Below, piece by piece: positions 1-9,412 of a stretch of 32,000 nt of DNA. How positions within the stretch are numbered: position 1 is the stretch's first letter; every line of letters starts with the position of its first letter. The stretch lies in the NCBI RefSeq assembly GCF_012516315.1, contig NZ_CP051185.1, positions 299,459 to 331,458 on the forward strand, in the 5' to 3' direction. The notes below the pieces were generated by a model that worked only from the letters and a program-made list of their open reading frames with translations, did no database searches and was not told the origin of the DNA. A program made the position numbers and the translations under genes. The stretch comes from Limnospira fusiformis SAG 85.79 (lineage in GTDB: Bacteria; Cyanobacteriota; Cyanobacteriia; Cyanobacteriales; Microcoleaceae).

Positions 1-269
1 GGAGTGAGCGGCTATTGAACTATCCGGGTGCGACCAATGCTATCGAAGTTTGACAGTAGATAATGTGATGGCAACTGATCACATTGATGGTAATTGAGCC
101 AATAACACACTGTCGAACTGAGAAGGATAATATACGGACACTGCCATGATATCACAGACGCTAGAGGTATCTATTGATGACTGAGTAACTGAGGAGCCGT
201 GTGAAGGGAAACTTTCACGCACGGTTCTGGAGCAGAGGTAGGAAAGGTGACTTTCTTATCGACTGTAAT
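1..269 (+). mobile_element. Group II intron, 3' terminal segment (domains V and VI; the 5' part lies off-window)
   Basis: A canonical 34-nt domain V lies at 194-227: GAGCCGUGUGAAGG-GAAA-CUUUCAC[GC]ACGGUUC, with AGC triad, GAAA tetraloop and 2-nt 3' bulge. A DVI-like hairpin follows at 237-260 (GGUAGGAAAG-GUGA-CUUUCUUAUC), and the intron ends ...GUAAU at 269. The last 33 nt align without gaps to the tail of the complete intron at 15586-16456(-). No ORF of 60 aa or more lies in this stretch. Confidence 0.8.
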
Positions 270-568
270 AGTCAGGAGCAGTAAAATGTCGATTACCGTT
301 AGCTGTTGATCGTCGTAGTCGCAATAGCGATAAACCAGACTGGTTTAATTTAGACATTTGGGATAAGACGGCTGAAGTTGCTGCCAACTATGTCCGTAAG
401 GGCAGTTTGATTGGAGTCAAGGGAAGATTAAGGATTGAGACATGGACTGACCGCAATACGGGTGTACCACGTTCGACTCCGGTGATTGTGGTTGATCAAC
501 TTGAACTACTAGGATCTCGTCAGGATAATCAGGCATCTGGTGTTCCTGAGAATTATGATGAGTTCTAG
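270..568 (+). CDS. ssb: Single-stranded DNA-binding protein, 3' exon only (N-terminal ~35 aa missing from the window)
   Basis: The frame-2 translation is (E)SGAVKCRLPLAVDRRSRNSDKPDWFNLDIWDKTAEVAANYVRKGSLIGVKGRLRIETWTDRNTGVPRSTPVIVVDQLELLGSRQDNQASGVPENYDEF*. This is the typical SSB OB-fold core plus an acidic C-terminal tip. The frame is closed by TAG at 269-271, exactly at the intron end. It was not in the ORF track because it has no start codon. Confidence 0.8.
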
Positions 569-665
569 GGGTATGCTCTGGTAGTCGGGTTGATAACATA
601 GTTAAAATCCGACTGCTAGGGGATACCACCCTTGATGTGTTGCACTATGAAAGTTCATTTTTGTT

Positions 666-1202
666 GTGAGTTCACCAGAATTAGATCAGATTTTGCATGA
701 GTACAGATCTGGACAAATAGCCTTTGAACAGGGTCGATACCGCCAATCGGTGGTACATTTGGAAACAGCCAGAGATGCAGTGGAGGCTAACTCTGGCTTG
801 GGTGGCGAGGTCCAGATTTGGCTGGTAACAGCCTATGAAGCCCTAGGGGAAAGACAAAAGGCGATCGCTCTTTGCAAAACCCTCAAATTTCATCCCAGCC
901 TACAAACCAGGAAACAGTCGCGCCGGTTGCTAGAAATTTTGGAAGCACCCAAACTCTATAAGGGTTCGGAAGGGTTAATCGAAATTCCCGATCTGAGTAA
1001 CTTAGGAGAAAACGCAGATAAATTTCCTGTAGCATCATCAAGCCGAGAAACTTCTGGGAAAGCAGCCCCAGTCAAATCTAAATCACCAGACCCAGAGGTT
1101 GATCTAACTCAGGTGAATACGAAGGATAATCAATTTTTGTGGGTGGCTCTGATTTTCCTGGGGTTGATAATGACTAGCTTACTCTTGCATAACATCGGGT
1201 AA
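666..1202 (+). CDS. Hypothetical protein, TPR-like N-terminus with one C-terminal transmembrane helix
   Basis: 178-aa ORF with a GTG start. The segment AFEQGRYRQSVVHLETA...AYEALGERQKAIALC resembles a TPR pair. The hydrophobic tail is FLWVALIFLGLIMTSLLL. Confidence 0.5.
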   Translation: MSSPELDQILHEYRSGQIAFEQGRYRQSVVHLETARDAVEANSGLGGEVQIWLVTAYEALGERQKAIALCKTLKFHPSLQTRKQSRRLLEILEAPKLYKGSEGLIEIPDLSNLGENADKFPVASSSRETSGKAAPVKSKSPDPEVDLTQVNTKDNQFLWVALIFLGLIMTSLLLHNIG

Positions 1203-1487
1203 TTTTCGGCAGGAGCCAGAAATTACTGATCATCAATGCAGGTAAAGGATTAGACCTAGGTTAAGGGGGTTATGACACCTAACAGGTGAACGCCAGCCGG
1301 TTGCTCTGTCGTCTATCTTTAAGGACATGACGGAGGCAAACATTACCCGATCTGGGAGATGGCTTAAATGCCAGATTACCAAAATTACGTTTTTGTGGTT
1401 GACACCAAGGGGCAACCGTTAAAGCAGCTAAAGCGATAATAGTCTAAATCCCCTAATGCACGGAATCACTCGTAGTGTAACAATAGT

Positions 1488-2435
1488 ATGGAAACGGAAA
1501 CTCCAGACCTAGAAAGCATTAAGCGCCAGTTAATGAGTATTAGACGACCTAAAAAACCAAAGATGCTGGTGGTAGACGATGAACCAGATAATTTGGATTT
1601 GCTATATCGTACCTTTCGGAGAGACTTTAGCGTTTTTAAAGCGGAAAGCGGGGTCCGCGCCCTAGAAATTCTCTCTCAGGAAGGGGAGGTAGCAGTGATC
1701 ATATCTGATCAACGGATGCCAGAAATGAAAGGGACTGAATTTCTCAGTAAAACTGTACCCCAGTTCCCTAACACGGTGCGGATTATTCTCACGGGTTTTA
1801 CGGATATTGAAGACTTGGTGGACGCGATTAATTCCGGCCAAGTTTATAAATACATTACTAAACCTTGGGACCCGAATGAGTTAAAAACGGTGGTTCAACG
1901 AGCGGCGGAAACCTATGAACTGCTGAAACTGCGGACAGAGCAACTATGCCGAGCCAACAGCCAAATCCAACTCTTGAGCGATATTATGGGAATGGCACTC
2001 AAGGCGACGGAGATAGAGGAAACTCTACAGGCGATCGCTAAGGCTATTGGAGAACAGATAGAAGCTGATGGGGTGATTCTGCAAGTGGTTTCCTCAGATA
2101 GTTTGGCTCCCACAGTCGGAGCCTATGGTATCGTGGAGGATGCGAAGGGTTGGCTGGCTGATGATCCGATTGTCAGTGAAGCGATCGCTACTCAAATCGC
2201 CCAGGGAGAAATAAATATCCCCAATAACTCAGATCTAGCGGAAAGCGATCGCTATAAAAGCGCCAATATCCAAGCTCACCTGTGTACCCCCATTATCGAT
2301 CGCAATCAAGTGGTCGCAGTGTTCTCCCTGCAATGGCAAAAACCCTGTCAACTGTCCCCAGATGACCTGTATACGGTTAAGTTGGTGGCTCAGGAAATGG
2401 CTCTAGTTTTATCTCGCTTACACCAATCAACTTAA
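1488..2435 (+). CDS. Two-component response regulator: CheY-like receiver plus C-terminal GAF-like domain
   Basis: Receiver motifs are MLVVDDEPDNL, ISDQRMPEMKGTEF and YKYITKPWD. The C-terminal ~150 aa is non-DNA-binding and has a GAF-like pattern. Confidence 0.75.
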   Translation: METETPDLESIKRQLMSIRRPKKPKMLVVDDEPDNLDLLYRTFRRDFSVFKAESGVRALEILSQEGEVAVIISDQRMPEMKGTEFLSKTVPQFPNTVRIILTGFTDIEDLVDAINSGQVYKYITKPWDPNELKTVVQRAAETYELLKLRTEQLCRANSQIQLLSDIMGMALKATEIEETLQAIAKAIGEQIEADGVILQVVSSDSLAPTVGAYGIVEDAKGWLADDPIVSEAIATQIAQGEINIPNNSDLAESDRYKSANIQAHLCTPIIDRNQVVAVFSLQWQKPCQLSPDDLYTVKLVAQEMALVLSRLHQST

Positions 2436-2438
2436 AAT

Positions 2439-3149
2439 ATGAAGCTAGATAGAACCGAAGAACATATCCAAGACCTGTTTAACCGTATTGCTCCGGTCTA
2501 TGACCAGATGAACGACTGGCTGAGTTTTGGGAGTCATCGCATTTGGAAACAAATGGCGGTTAACTGGAGTGGCGCTCGTCCCGGTCATATAGGGTTAGAT
2601 CTATGTTGCGGGACTGGTGACTTAACCAGACTTTTGGCTATCAAAGTCGGTAGCTCAGGAAAAGTTGTTGGGGTGGATTTTTCCCGTCAACTGCTGGCTA
2701 TTGCTGGCGATCGCCAACCACCCTTTACCCTATCCCCGGCTCCCATTACCTGGGTAGAAGCAGATGTACTGGATCTTCCCTTCCCGGATCATTACTTTGA
2801 CTGTGCTACCATGGGTTATGGTTTGCGTAATGTGGTAGACATTCCCCGCAGCCTGAAAGAACTCCATCGCGTCCTGAAACCCGGTGGGACGGCGGCGATT
2901 TTAGATTTTCACCGTCCCGAAAATGCCTTTAAAACCTTTCAACAATGGTATCTCGATCGCATTGTTGTTCCAGTAGCTAATACTTTCGGACTAGAGGCTG
3001 AGTACGCCTACCTTAACCCTAGCCTAGAAAAATTCCCCACGGGTCCCCAACAGGTCGCCCTAGCAGAGGCAGCGAATTTTAGTCGGGCTACTCACTATGC
3101 GATCGCAGGGGGTATGATGGGAGTATTGGTTCTCGAATCAGGGGGTTGA
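2439..3149 (+). CDS. menG: Demethylphylloquinone/menaquinone methyltransferase (UbiE/MenG family SAM methyltransferase)
   Basis: The N-terminal UbiE signature is FNRIAPVYDQMNDWLSFGSHRIWK. The SAM motif is LDLCCGTGD, and LKPGG is also present. Confidence 0.8.
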   Translation: MKLDRTEEHIQDLFNRIAPVYDQMNDWLSFGSHRIWKQMAVNWSGARPGHIGLDLCCGTGDLTRLLAIKVGSSGKVVGVDFSRQLLAIAGDRQPPFTLSPAPITWVEADVLDLPFPDHYFDCATMGYGLRNVVDIPRSLKELHRVLKPGGTAAILDFHRPENAFKTFQQWYLDRIVVPVANTFGLEAEYAYLNPSLEKFPTGPQQVALAEAANFSRATHYAIAGGMMGVLVLESGG

Positions 3150-3260
3150 TGAGCTGAAACATCCCGATCCCAACAACCACCCTAATTCACAAAGGCGAAT
3201 ATACAAGGCAATTCGTCAGTTGTCCTAGTTACCTGGGATTTGCAGAAATGTTGTGGCATA

Positions 3261-4493
3261 ATGGTCAATTTATCTCAAGTATCGATTTTTATCGTTCCCC
3301 CAATTTTGGGGGGAATTATCGGCTACTTTACCAACGACCTAGCCATCAAAATGCTATTCCGTCCCTATAAAGCCAAAAAGGTCGGAAAAATTCAACTTCC
3401 CTTTACTCCCGGTTTAATTCCCCGCAACCAAGAAAGGCTGGCGAAAAGGGTTTCTGATACTATTATGCAGTCCCTGCTGACACCAGAGGAACTCCAGAAA
3501 GTTGCGCGCCGCCTATTAAAAACCGAACGCATTGAAGCGACGATTTTATGGTTATTACAACTGGCGCTGGCTCAGGTAAAAGCTGATACAGAACAGAAAA
3601 CCGCAAAAATTTTGGCAGGTATTCTGAGGGACTTTTTGGGGGAATCTTTACCTAGGATATTGCGGGTTATGGCGCGGCGGGAAGATTTTTTAGAGCCGCA
3701 GCTAAATCAGATTTTTGATCAAGTGATGTTGGAGTTCCAACTAAGTGACCAACAGGCTCAAAAACTTTCGGAATGGCTATTAGACCGAGTAATTCCCCCA
3801 GAAATTATCCGACTGACTTTAATTGATTTTCTGACCGATCGCAATATTTCGATTATTGACGAAGGCTTCCGGGAACAAAGCACGGGAACCTATTGGGTAG
3901 TGGCTAATATTTTCGGTCTCCGCACGACTTTAACCCGGTTAAGAACTTTTTGTCTGGATGAAAAAGAAGAAACTAATCACCGACTGGAAAAACTGTTAAC
4001 TTCTCTGGGTGTTAGGGAGCGACTAAAGGAGTGGTTGCAGAATCTTTCGATGCAAAATTTGCCGCTGTCTACGGTGCGACAATTACGCAAAACTTTCCGG
4101 GATACTGTGCGAGAATATGTCCAAGAACAGGGTATAGATTTAATTCAGGAGTTGACTAAATCTATTGATTGGGAAAGGGTTTCCGCCTTAATTTTAAAGC
4201 GGCTGCAAACTTCCCCAGTGGTTAATAATTCCCTAGGATTAGTTAGTCAAGAGTTGGCGCTGGTTTTGGAACGCTACCTAGAAGAAGACTTAGAGAAATT
4301 GGTGGCTAAGGCGATTCCGATTTTGAATCTTGATGGAGTGATTATAGAACGGGTAATGGCTACTTCTCCACAACAGTTAGAAGTAGCAGTTAATGGAATT
4401 GTGAAAAGTGAATTACAAGGAATAGTTAATCTGGGGGGTATTTTGGGGGTAATAGTTGGCTCACTACAAACGGTGATTTTGCTATTGCGTTAA
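3261..4493 (+). CDS. DUF445 family membrane-associated protein
   Basis: The N-terminal motif [19 protein letters not shown] and a C-terminal TM helix fit DUF445. I prefer the ATG at 3261 over the TTG at 3240 given in the ORF track. Confidence 0.6.
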   Translation: MVNLSQVSIFIVPPILGGIIGYFTNDLAIKMLFRPYKAKKVGKIQLPFTPGLIPRNQERLAKRVSDTIMQSLLTPEELQKVARRLLKTERIEATILWLLQLALAQVKADTEQKTAKILAGILRDFLGESLPRILRVMARREDFLEPQLNQIFDQVMLEFQLSDQQAQKLSEWLLDRVIPPEIIRLTLIDFLTDRNISIIDEGFREQSTGTYWVVANIFGLRTTLTRLRTFCLDEKEETNHRLEKLLTSLGVRERLKEWLQNLSMQNLPLSTVRQLRKTFRDTVREYVQEQGIDLIQELTKSIDWERVSALILKRLQTSPVVNNSLGLVSQELALVLERYLEEDLEKLVAKAIPILNLDGVIIERVMATSPQQLEVAVNGIVKSELQGIVNLGGILGVIVGSLQTVILLLR

Positions 4494-5722
4494 AGTAACA
4501 TACCCGCCACACAAGCGGTCATAAAACAAGCGAGAGAACCAGCAATCATGGCTCGGACTCCTAATTGGGCTAGGTCTGCTTGTCTTTCTGGTGCGATCGC
4601 GGAAATGCCACCGATTTGAATGGCGATCGAGCCAATATTAGCAAATCCACAAAGGGCGTATGTAGCAATTAAAATCCCCCGGGGAGTAATGGTGGGTTCA
4701 GTAGTACCTACAACATTGGCATTTTCCATGAGTTGTTTCAGGTCTAAATAAGCGATAAATTCATTAAGAATAATCTTCTTACCCAGTAACACGCCGACGG
4801 TGGCGCAGTCTGACCAAGGTACACCCATTAACCAAGCGACGGGAGCAAAGATAAAAGAAAATAGCCATTCCAAGGAAAGTTGAGGTAATCCTATCCCGGC
4901 TCCTAACCATCCTAACACGCCGTTAACTAGGGCTAATAATCCTAAAAAAGCAATCAGCATGGCGGCGACATTTAGGGCTAATTTCATGCCTTCAGTGGCT
5001 CCGGTGGCGGCGGCATCAATGGCATTAGCAGAAGTGGGTTTTACTTCGATTTTTACCTTTCCGGCGGTGGGGGAAGGCTCGGTTTCAGGATAGAATATTT
5101 TAGAAATAGCTAAACTAGCAGGGGCGGACATTACGGAAGCGGCAATTAAATGTTCTGCGGGAACACCAAAGGAAATATAAGCGGCTAACACTCCCCCGGC
5201 GACGGTGGCAAATCCCCCGGTCATCATGGCATGGATTTCCGATCGCGTCATGGTGGCAATATAGGGTTTAACTAATAAGGGAGCCTCGGTTTGTCCGACG
5301 AAAATATTGGCGGAACAGGAGAGGGTTTCTGAACCGGAAGTCTTGAGGGTTTTCATCATTAACCATGCTACCCATTCGACTACTTTCTGTAAGATGCCAT
5401 AGTGATATAAGATGGTGATGAATGAGGAAAAAAAGACAATGGTCGGCAAGACCTTAAAGGCGATGAAATGCTGCTCAAAATCGTCTCCAAATACAAATTG
5501 GGCTCCCGCATCGGAAAAGTTGAGAAACTGGGTGACAGCAGCGCCTAGGGCTTGGAAAATGGCGAATCCTATGGCGGTTTTCAGAATCACAATGGCAAAT
5601 AAAATTTGCAGGGCAATGCCCCAGAAAACGGTAGGCCAGCGAATCTGCTGACGATCGCCGGAAAATAAATAGGCGAGGACTACAAATACTACAAGTCCTA
5701 ATGCGGAAATTGCCCGTTCCAT
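4490..5722 (-). CDS. NupC/CNT-family concentrative nucleoside transporter
   Basis: 410-aa polytopic protein with the CNT signature [16 protein letters not shown]. It converges on and overlaps the DUF445 stop by 4 nt. Confidence 0.75.
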   Translation of the reverse strand: MERAISALGLVVFVVLAYLFSGDRQQIRWPTVFWGIALQILFAIVILKTAIGFAIFQALGAAVTQFLNFSDAGAQFVFGDDFEQHFIAFKVLPTIVFFSSFITILYHYGILQKVVEWVAWLMMKTLKTSGSETLSCSANIFVGQTEAPLLVKPYIATMTRSEIHAMMTGGFATVAGGVLAAYISFGVPAEHLIAASVMSAPASLAISKIFYPETEPSPTAGKVKIEVKPTSANAIDAAATGATEGMKLALNVAAMLIAFLGLLALVNGVLGWLGAGIGLPQLSLEWLFSFIFAPVAWLMGVPWSDCATVGVLLGKKIILNEFIAYLDLKQLMENANVVGTTEPTITPRGILIATYALCGFANIGSIAIQIGGISAIAPERQADLAQLGVRAMIAGSLACFMTACVAGMLL

Positions 5723-5858
5723 TTGCTGTTGTTAAGTTAGGGTGAGGTTGAGTTGAGCGATCGCTGGTCACAGGTCGCTGGTCACAGGTAGCGACGGTGA
5801 CGGAGTATGTAACAATAGAGGGTTAGCACTATCAACGCCTGGATAAGGCGAAAGTTCC

Positions 5859-7220
5859 ATGTCTCGACCCATAGTTGCCATTATCGGCCGCCCTAATGTC
5901 GGTAAGTCTACACTGGTAAACCGTCTTACACAAACCCAAGATGCGATCGTTCATGATCAACCGGGGATGACCCGCGATCGCACCTATCGTTCCGCCTATT
6001 GGCAGGATCGAGAGTTTACCGTAGTCGATACGGGAGGGTTAGTCTTTGATGATGATACCGAGTTTTTGCCACTAATTAGAGAACAGGCCTTGATGGCTTT
6101 GGCAGAAGCGACAGCGGCTATTTTGGTGGTGGATGGACAAACAGGACCGACGGGAGGGGATGAGGCGATCGCTAGTTGGCTACGACAACAAAAGGTTCCG
6201 ATCCTCTTAGCAGTTAATAAATGTGAATCTCCTACCCAGGGACTGACTCAGGCGGCGCAATTCTGGGAATTGGGTTTGGGAAACCCTTTTCCGATTTCTA
6301 GCATTCATGGTAGCGGTACGGGGGAACTGCTGGATGCTTTGATTGAAAATTTACCAGCTTCCACAGACAATGAGGACAGCGAAGAATTGCGAGTGGCAAT
6401 TGTGGGCCGTCCGAATGTGGGTAAGTCTAGCCTATTAAATACTTTTCTGGGTCAGGAAAGGGCGATCGTCAGTCCAATTTCCGGCACTACCCGTGATGCG
6501 ATCGATACCATCGTAGAACATAATGGCAATACCTATCGGCTAGTAGATACGGCGGGGATACGCCGGAAAAAGCACGTTGAGTATGGGGCGGAGTTTTTTG
6601 GGATTAACCGGGCTTTTAAGGCGATCCGACGGGCTGATGTGGTGTTGTTTGTCATTGATGCTGTGGAAGGAGTCACAGACCAAGATCAAAAATTGGCGGG
6701 TCGTATTTCTGATGACGGGCGCGCCTGTGTGATTGTGGTAAATAAATGGGATGCGGTGGAAAAGGATAGTTACACGATCCTAGAGTATGAAAAAGTAATG
6801 CGATCGCGATTGTATTTTCTCGATTGGGCAGATATGATTTTTGTCAGCGCTATGACCGGACAGCGGGTTGAGAAAATTTTTAAATTGGTGGACAAAGCCG
6901 CCGAAGAAAATCGCCGCCGAGTCTCTACATCGGTAATTAATGAAGTCATCGAAGAAGCAGTCCGTTGGCATTCTCCCCCCACCAGTCGCCAAGGACGACA
7001 GGGTAAAATCTACTATGGAACTCAAGTTACCTCCAGTCCGCCCACAATTGTCTTGTTTGTGAATGACCCAAAACGGTTTGGGGATAATTATCGGCGCTAC
7101 ATGGAAAGCCAGTTCCGTCAACAATTGGGATTTGCTGGGACTCCCATTAGACTATTATGGCGGGGTAAAGCTATGCGGGAAGTAGAGAGAAATTCCTCTA
7201 ACCGGGCGACTAAGGTTTGA
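5859..7220 (+). CDS. der: Ribosome-biogenesis GTPase Der (EngA)
   Basis: Two tandem GTPase domains, each with a GRPNVGKS P-loop, DTGG/DTAG and NKCE/NKWD motifs. A KH-like C-terminus follows. Confidence 0.95.
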   Translation: MSRPIVAIIGRPNVGKSTLVNRLTQTQDAIVHDQPGMTRDRTYRSAYWQDREFTVVDTGGLVFDDDTEFLPLIREQALMALAEATAAILVVDGQTGPTGGDEAIASWLRQQKVPILLAVNKCESPTQGLTQAAQFWELGLGNPFPISSIHGSGTGELLDALIENLPASTDNEDSEELRVAIVGRPNVGKSSLLNTFLGQERAIVSPISGTTRDAIDTIVEHNGNTYRLVDTAGIRRKKHVEYGAEFFGINRAFKAIRRADVVLFVIDAVEGVTDQDQKLAGRISDDGRACVIVVNKWDAVEKDSYTILEYEKVMRSRLYFLDWADMIFVSAMTGQRVEKIFKLVDKAAEENRRRVSTSVINEVIEEAVRWHSPPTSRQGRQGKIYYGTQVTSSPPTIVLFVNDPKRFGDNYRRYMESQFRQQLGFAGTPIRLLWRGKAMREVERNSSNRATKV

Positions 7221-7281
7221 TTACTGACCAGTTGCGCCCAGTTGGCATTGATCCCCCCAACTATAGTTAATTGTTGAGAAA

Positions 7282-8244
7282 ATGGACCTACTGCGATCGC
7301 TACCTATCGGTTTATACTTAGAACAACCGATTACTTGGCTTCATCGCCTTGATTCCCGGATTAAGCTAGTCTGGTTGATGAGCTTTCTCATTGCACCGAT
7401 CCTCTCTAATGCCCTTTGGCGGTTGGGGTTGGTGGTGCTATTGATGGTGATTACCCTAGTGGCAGCAATTCCGTTCCGGGTGTGGAAGCGACAAATGGGC
7501 TGGCTATTAACTTTCTGTAGCTTATTGTTGATAGTAAGTGCTATCCTACCTGATGGGTTGAGTGTTAGCCATCAACCTCGCCTCCCCAGAGATGAGATAG
7601 CCTTGGAAATGCAAAGTCTTGGGAGAGTGGGAGGACTGGGAGAAAATGCCACAACGGCCGCTGATTCGGTGACTGAGACTGAGGGTTTACCTCAACCAAC
7701 AGCCTATAGTTATATTCTGCTGGCAGCGGGTCCGTTAACTATTACCCGCTATTCCCTGGATCTGGGTGTTCGGATTAGTACCTTGCTGTTTACCCTGGTT
7801 TACAGCACTAATCTATATCTACTGACTACGGCTTCTGAGGAAATTGCTGTGGGGATCGAAAGCCTGATGAAACCATTGCGACGGCTGAAAATTCCGGTAA
7901 CAGAAATAGCCCTCACCCTCACTCTGTCCCTGCGTTTCTTTCCCCTGGTACTTGAGGAAATTCAGAACCTATATAGATCTGTGCGTACTAGGGCGATCGA
8001 CTGGAAAAAACTGGGCTGGCGAAGGGCGACTCAAATTTGGCTTTTGGTGGCAGAACGACTCCTAGAAAATTTATTATTGAGAGCAGAACAAATTGCTAAT
8101 GCCATGAAAGTCCGAGGCTTTACCAGTCCTAACCAACATCGAGTTGAGTGGCATCAACTTCAAATTAATTGGTGGGATTGGGTCGCCCTATTAGCCTTAA
8201 CTATATTTTGGGGTATGCGTTTGGTTTGGGGCTGGGAATCTTAA
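7282..8244 (+). CDS. ecfT: Energy-coupling factor transporter transmembrane subunit (EcfT/CbiQ family)
   Basis: Multi-TM protein with a coupling-helix Arg-Gly motif (ANAMKVRGF). A hydrophilic insert lies mid-protein. Confidence 0.65.
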   Translation: MDLLRSLPIGLYLEQPITWLHRLDSRIKLVWLMSFLIAPILSNALWRLGLVVLLMVITLVAAIPFRVWKRQMGWLLTFCSLLLIVSAILPDGLSVSHQPRLPRDEIALEMQSLGRVGGLGENATTAADSVTETEGLPQPTAYSYILLAAGPLTITRYSLDLGVRISTLLFTLVYSTNLYLLTTASEEIAVGIESLMKPLRRLKIPVTEIALTLTLSLRFFPLVLEEIQNLYRSVRTRAIDWKKLGWRRATQIWLLVAERLLENLLLRAEQIANAMKVRGFTSPNQHRVEWHQLQINWWDWVALLALTIFWGMRLVWGWES

Positions 8245-8432
8245 GACCAACACTCTTTCCCCGCTTCCCGGTGCGAGGCGCTATGACTTGAAAAGTGCGC
8301 CTGAGAGTGTCAAGATAAATCGGCTGATTATTTGATTCTGGGATATATCTCTGATAGACGGGCTCGAATAGCAGAGTAACACCAGGTAATTGCCTTTTTT
8401 CTAAGTTAGTGCTTGCTGATGCGTGAGGCGGA

Positions 8433-8702
8433 ATGACAACAGAAACTTACATGAACCATCCCAACTTTGGCTTACTTTTTAAAGTTTGCCCAGTTGAAGA
8501 TAATCAGGAATTATTTACTACCCTTTACGCCCAACGCCTATTTTTCTTGGTGACTCAATCACCGGCTGGCTTGAAGTTTGAACCGATAAGCCGCTCCGAT
8601 GCCAAGATGTTAGTGGAAATTCGTTTGCGAATGTTGCGACGCACTGGCCAAATGGAGCCTTATAAAAAACTGCAAATAATTCATCAGCAGACCTTTCTAT
8701 AG
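8433..8702 (+). CDS. pipX: PII-interacting protein PipX
   Basis: The 89-aa product matches PipX as I recall it from Synechococcus elongatus: NHPNFGLL...ELFTTLYAQRLFFLV...FEPISRSDAKMLVE.RL..LRR...QQTFL. Confidence 0.9.
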   Translation: MTTETYMNHPNFGLLFKVCPVEDNQELFTTLYAQRLFFLVTQSPAGLKFEPISRSDAKMLVEIRLRMLRRTGQMEPYKKLQIIHQQTFL

Positions 8703-8727
8703 CTTGACTAACCCACTATGACTGACT

Positions 8728-9399
8728 ATGACTGATTCGATCGCTGAAAGAATTGCCCAAATTCGGGCTGCTATTCCCCCAGAGGTGCGACTGGTCGCTG
8801 TGACCAAAACGGTTTCGGTGGAGGCTATACGCTTGGCTTATGAAGCCGGAGTGAGGGATTTTGGCGAAAATCGTGTTCAGGAAGCAGAGGCGAAACAACT
8901 TCAATTGCAAGATCTCAGGGATATTACTTGGCACTTGATTGGTCATCTACAAAGCAATAAGGCGGCGACGGCGATCGCTCATTTTGATTGGCTCCACTCG
9001 GTTGATAGTTGGAAATTAGCCCAAAGACTCGATCGCCTGGCTAGAGAACAGTCTCGCTGTCCCCGGATCTGCCTACAGGTGAAAATCCTCCCAGATCCTA
9101 ACAAATATGGTTGGACAGTCCCGGAGTTACTGGCTGATTTACCCCAGCTTAATGCCTGTGAGTCCCTAAATATTCAAGGTCTAATGACAATTCCCCCCCA
9201 AGGCTTGACCGAAACCCAAACGCGATCGGTTTTTGAAAAAACCCGTCAGTTAGCGGCTGAAATTGGGGCGCAAAACTGGTCTAATATCAAAATGGCAGAA
9301 TTATCTATGGGTATGTCAGGGGACTATTTACTAGCCGTAGAAGCAGGGGCTACTATGATTAGACCGGGACAAATTATATTCGGCCCAAGGAATATCTAA
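8728..9399 (+). CDS. pipY: YggS/COG0325 PLP-homeostasis protein (PipY)
   Basis: The PLP-lysine context is LVAVTKT. Other motifs are FGENRVQE, WHLIGHLQSNK and LSMGMSGDY. It lies immediately downstream of pipX, as in the known pipXY operon. Confidence 0.9.
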   Translation: MTDSIAERIAQIRAAIPPEVRLVAVTKTVSVEAIRLAYEAGVRDFGENRVQEAEAKQLQLQDLRDITWHLIGHLQSNKAATAIAHFDWLHSVDSWKLAQRLDRLAREQSRCPRICLQVKILPDPNKYGWTVPELLADLPQLNACESLNIQGLMTIPPQGLTETQTRSVFEKTRQLAAEIGAQNWSNIKMAELSMGMSGDYLLAVEAGATMIRPGQIIFGPRNI

Positions 9400-9412
9400 A
9401 GCGATCGGGTCG

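Noticed and set aside
417-629. 70-aa minus-strand ORF
   Set aside because: It is antisense to the clearly recognisable ssb 3' exon and has no motifs.
1233-1415. 60-aa minus-strand ORF between the TPR-like gene and the response regulator
   Set aside because: It has no motifs or RBS, and it overlaps the plus-strand HNH-like relic, which explains the region better.
5412-5771. 79-aa (+) and 98-aa (-) ORFs overlapping the nupC-like gene
   Set aside because: These are alternative-frame and antisense ORFs inside a well-supported 410-aa transporter gene. Their composition is Cys/Arg/Pro-rich, typical of out-of-frame translation.
8245-8432. GGCGC...GCGCC hairpin upstream of pipX as a possible terminator or riboswitch
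   Set aside because: It has only a 5-bp stem with a 15-nt loop and no U-tract. There is no recognisable conserved RNA motif.
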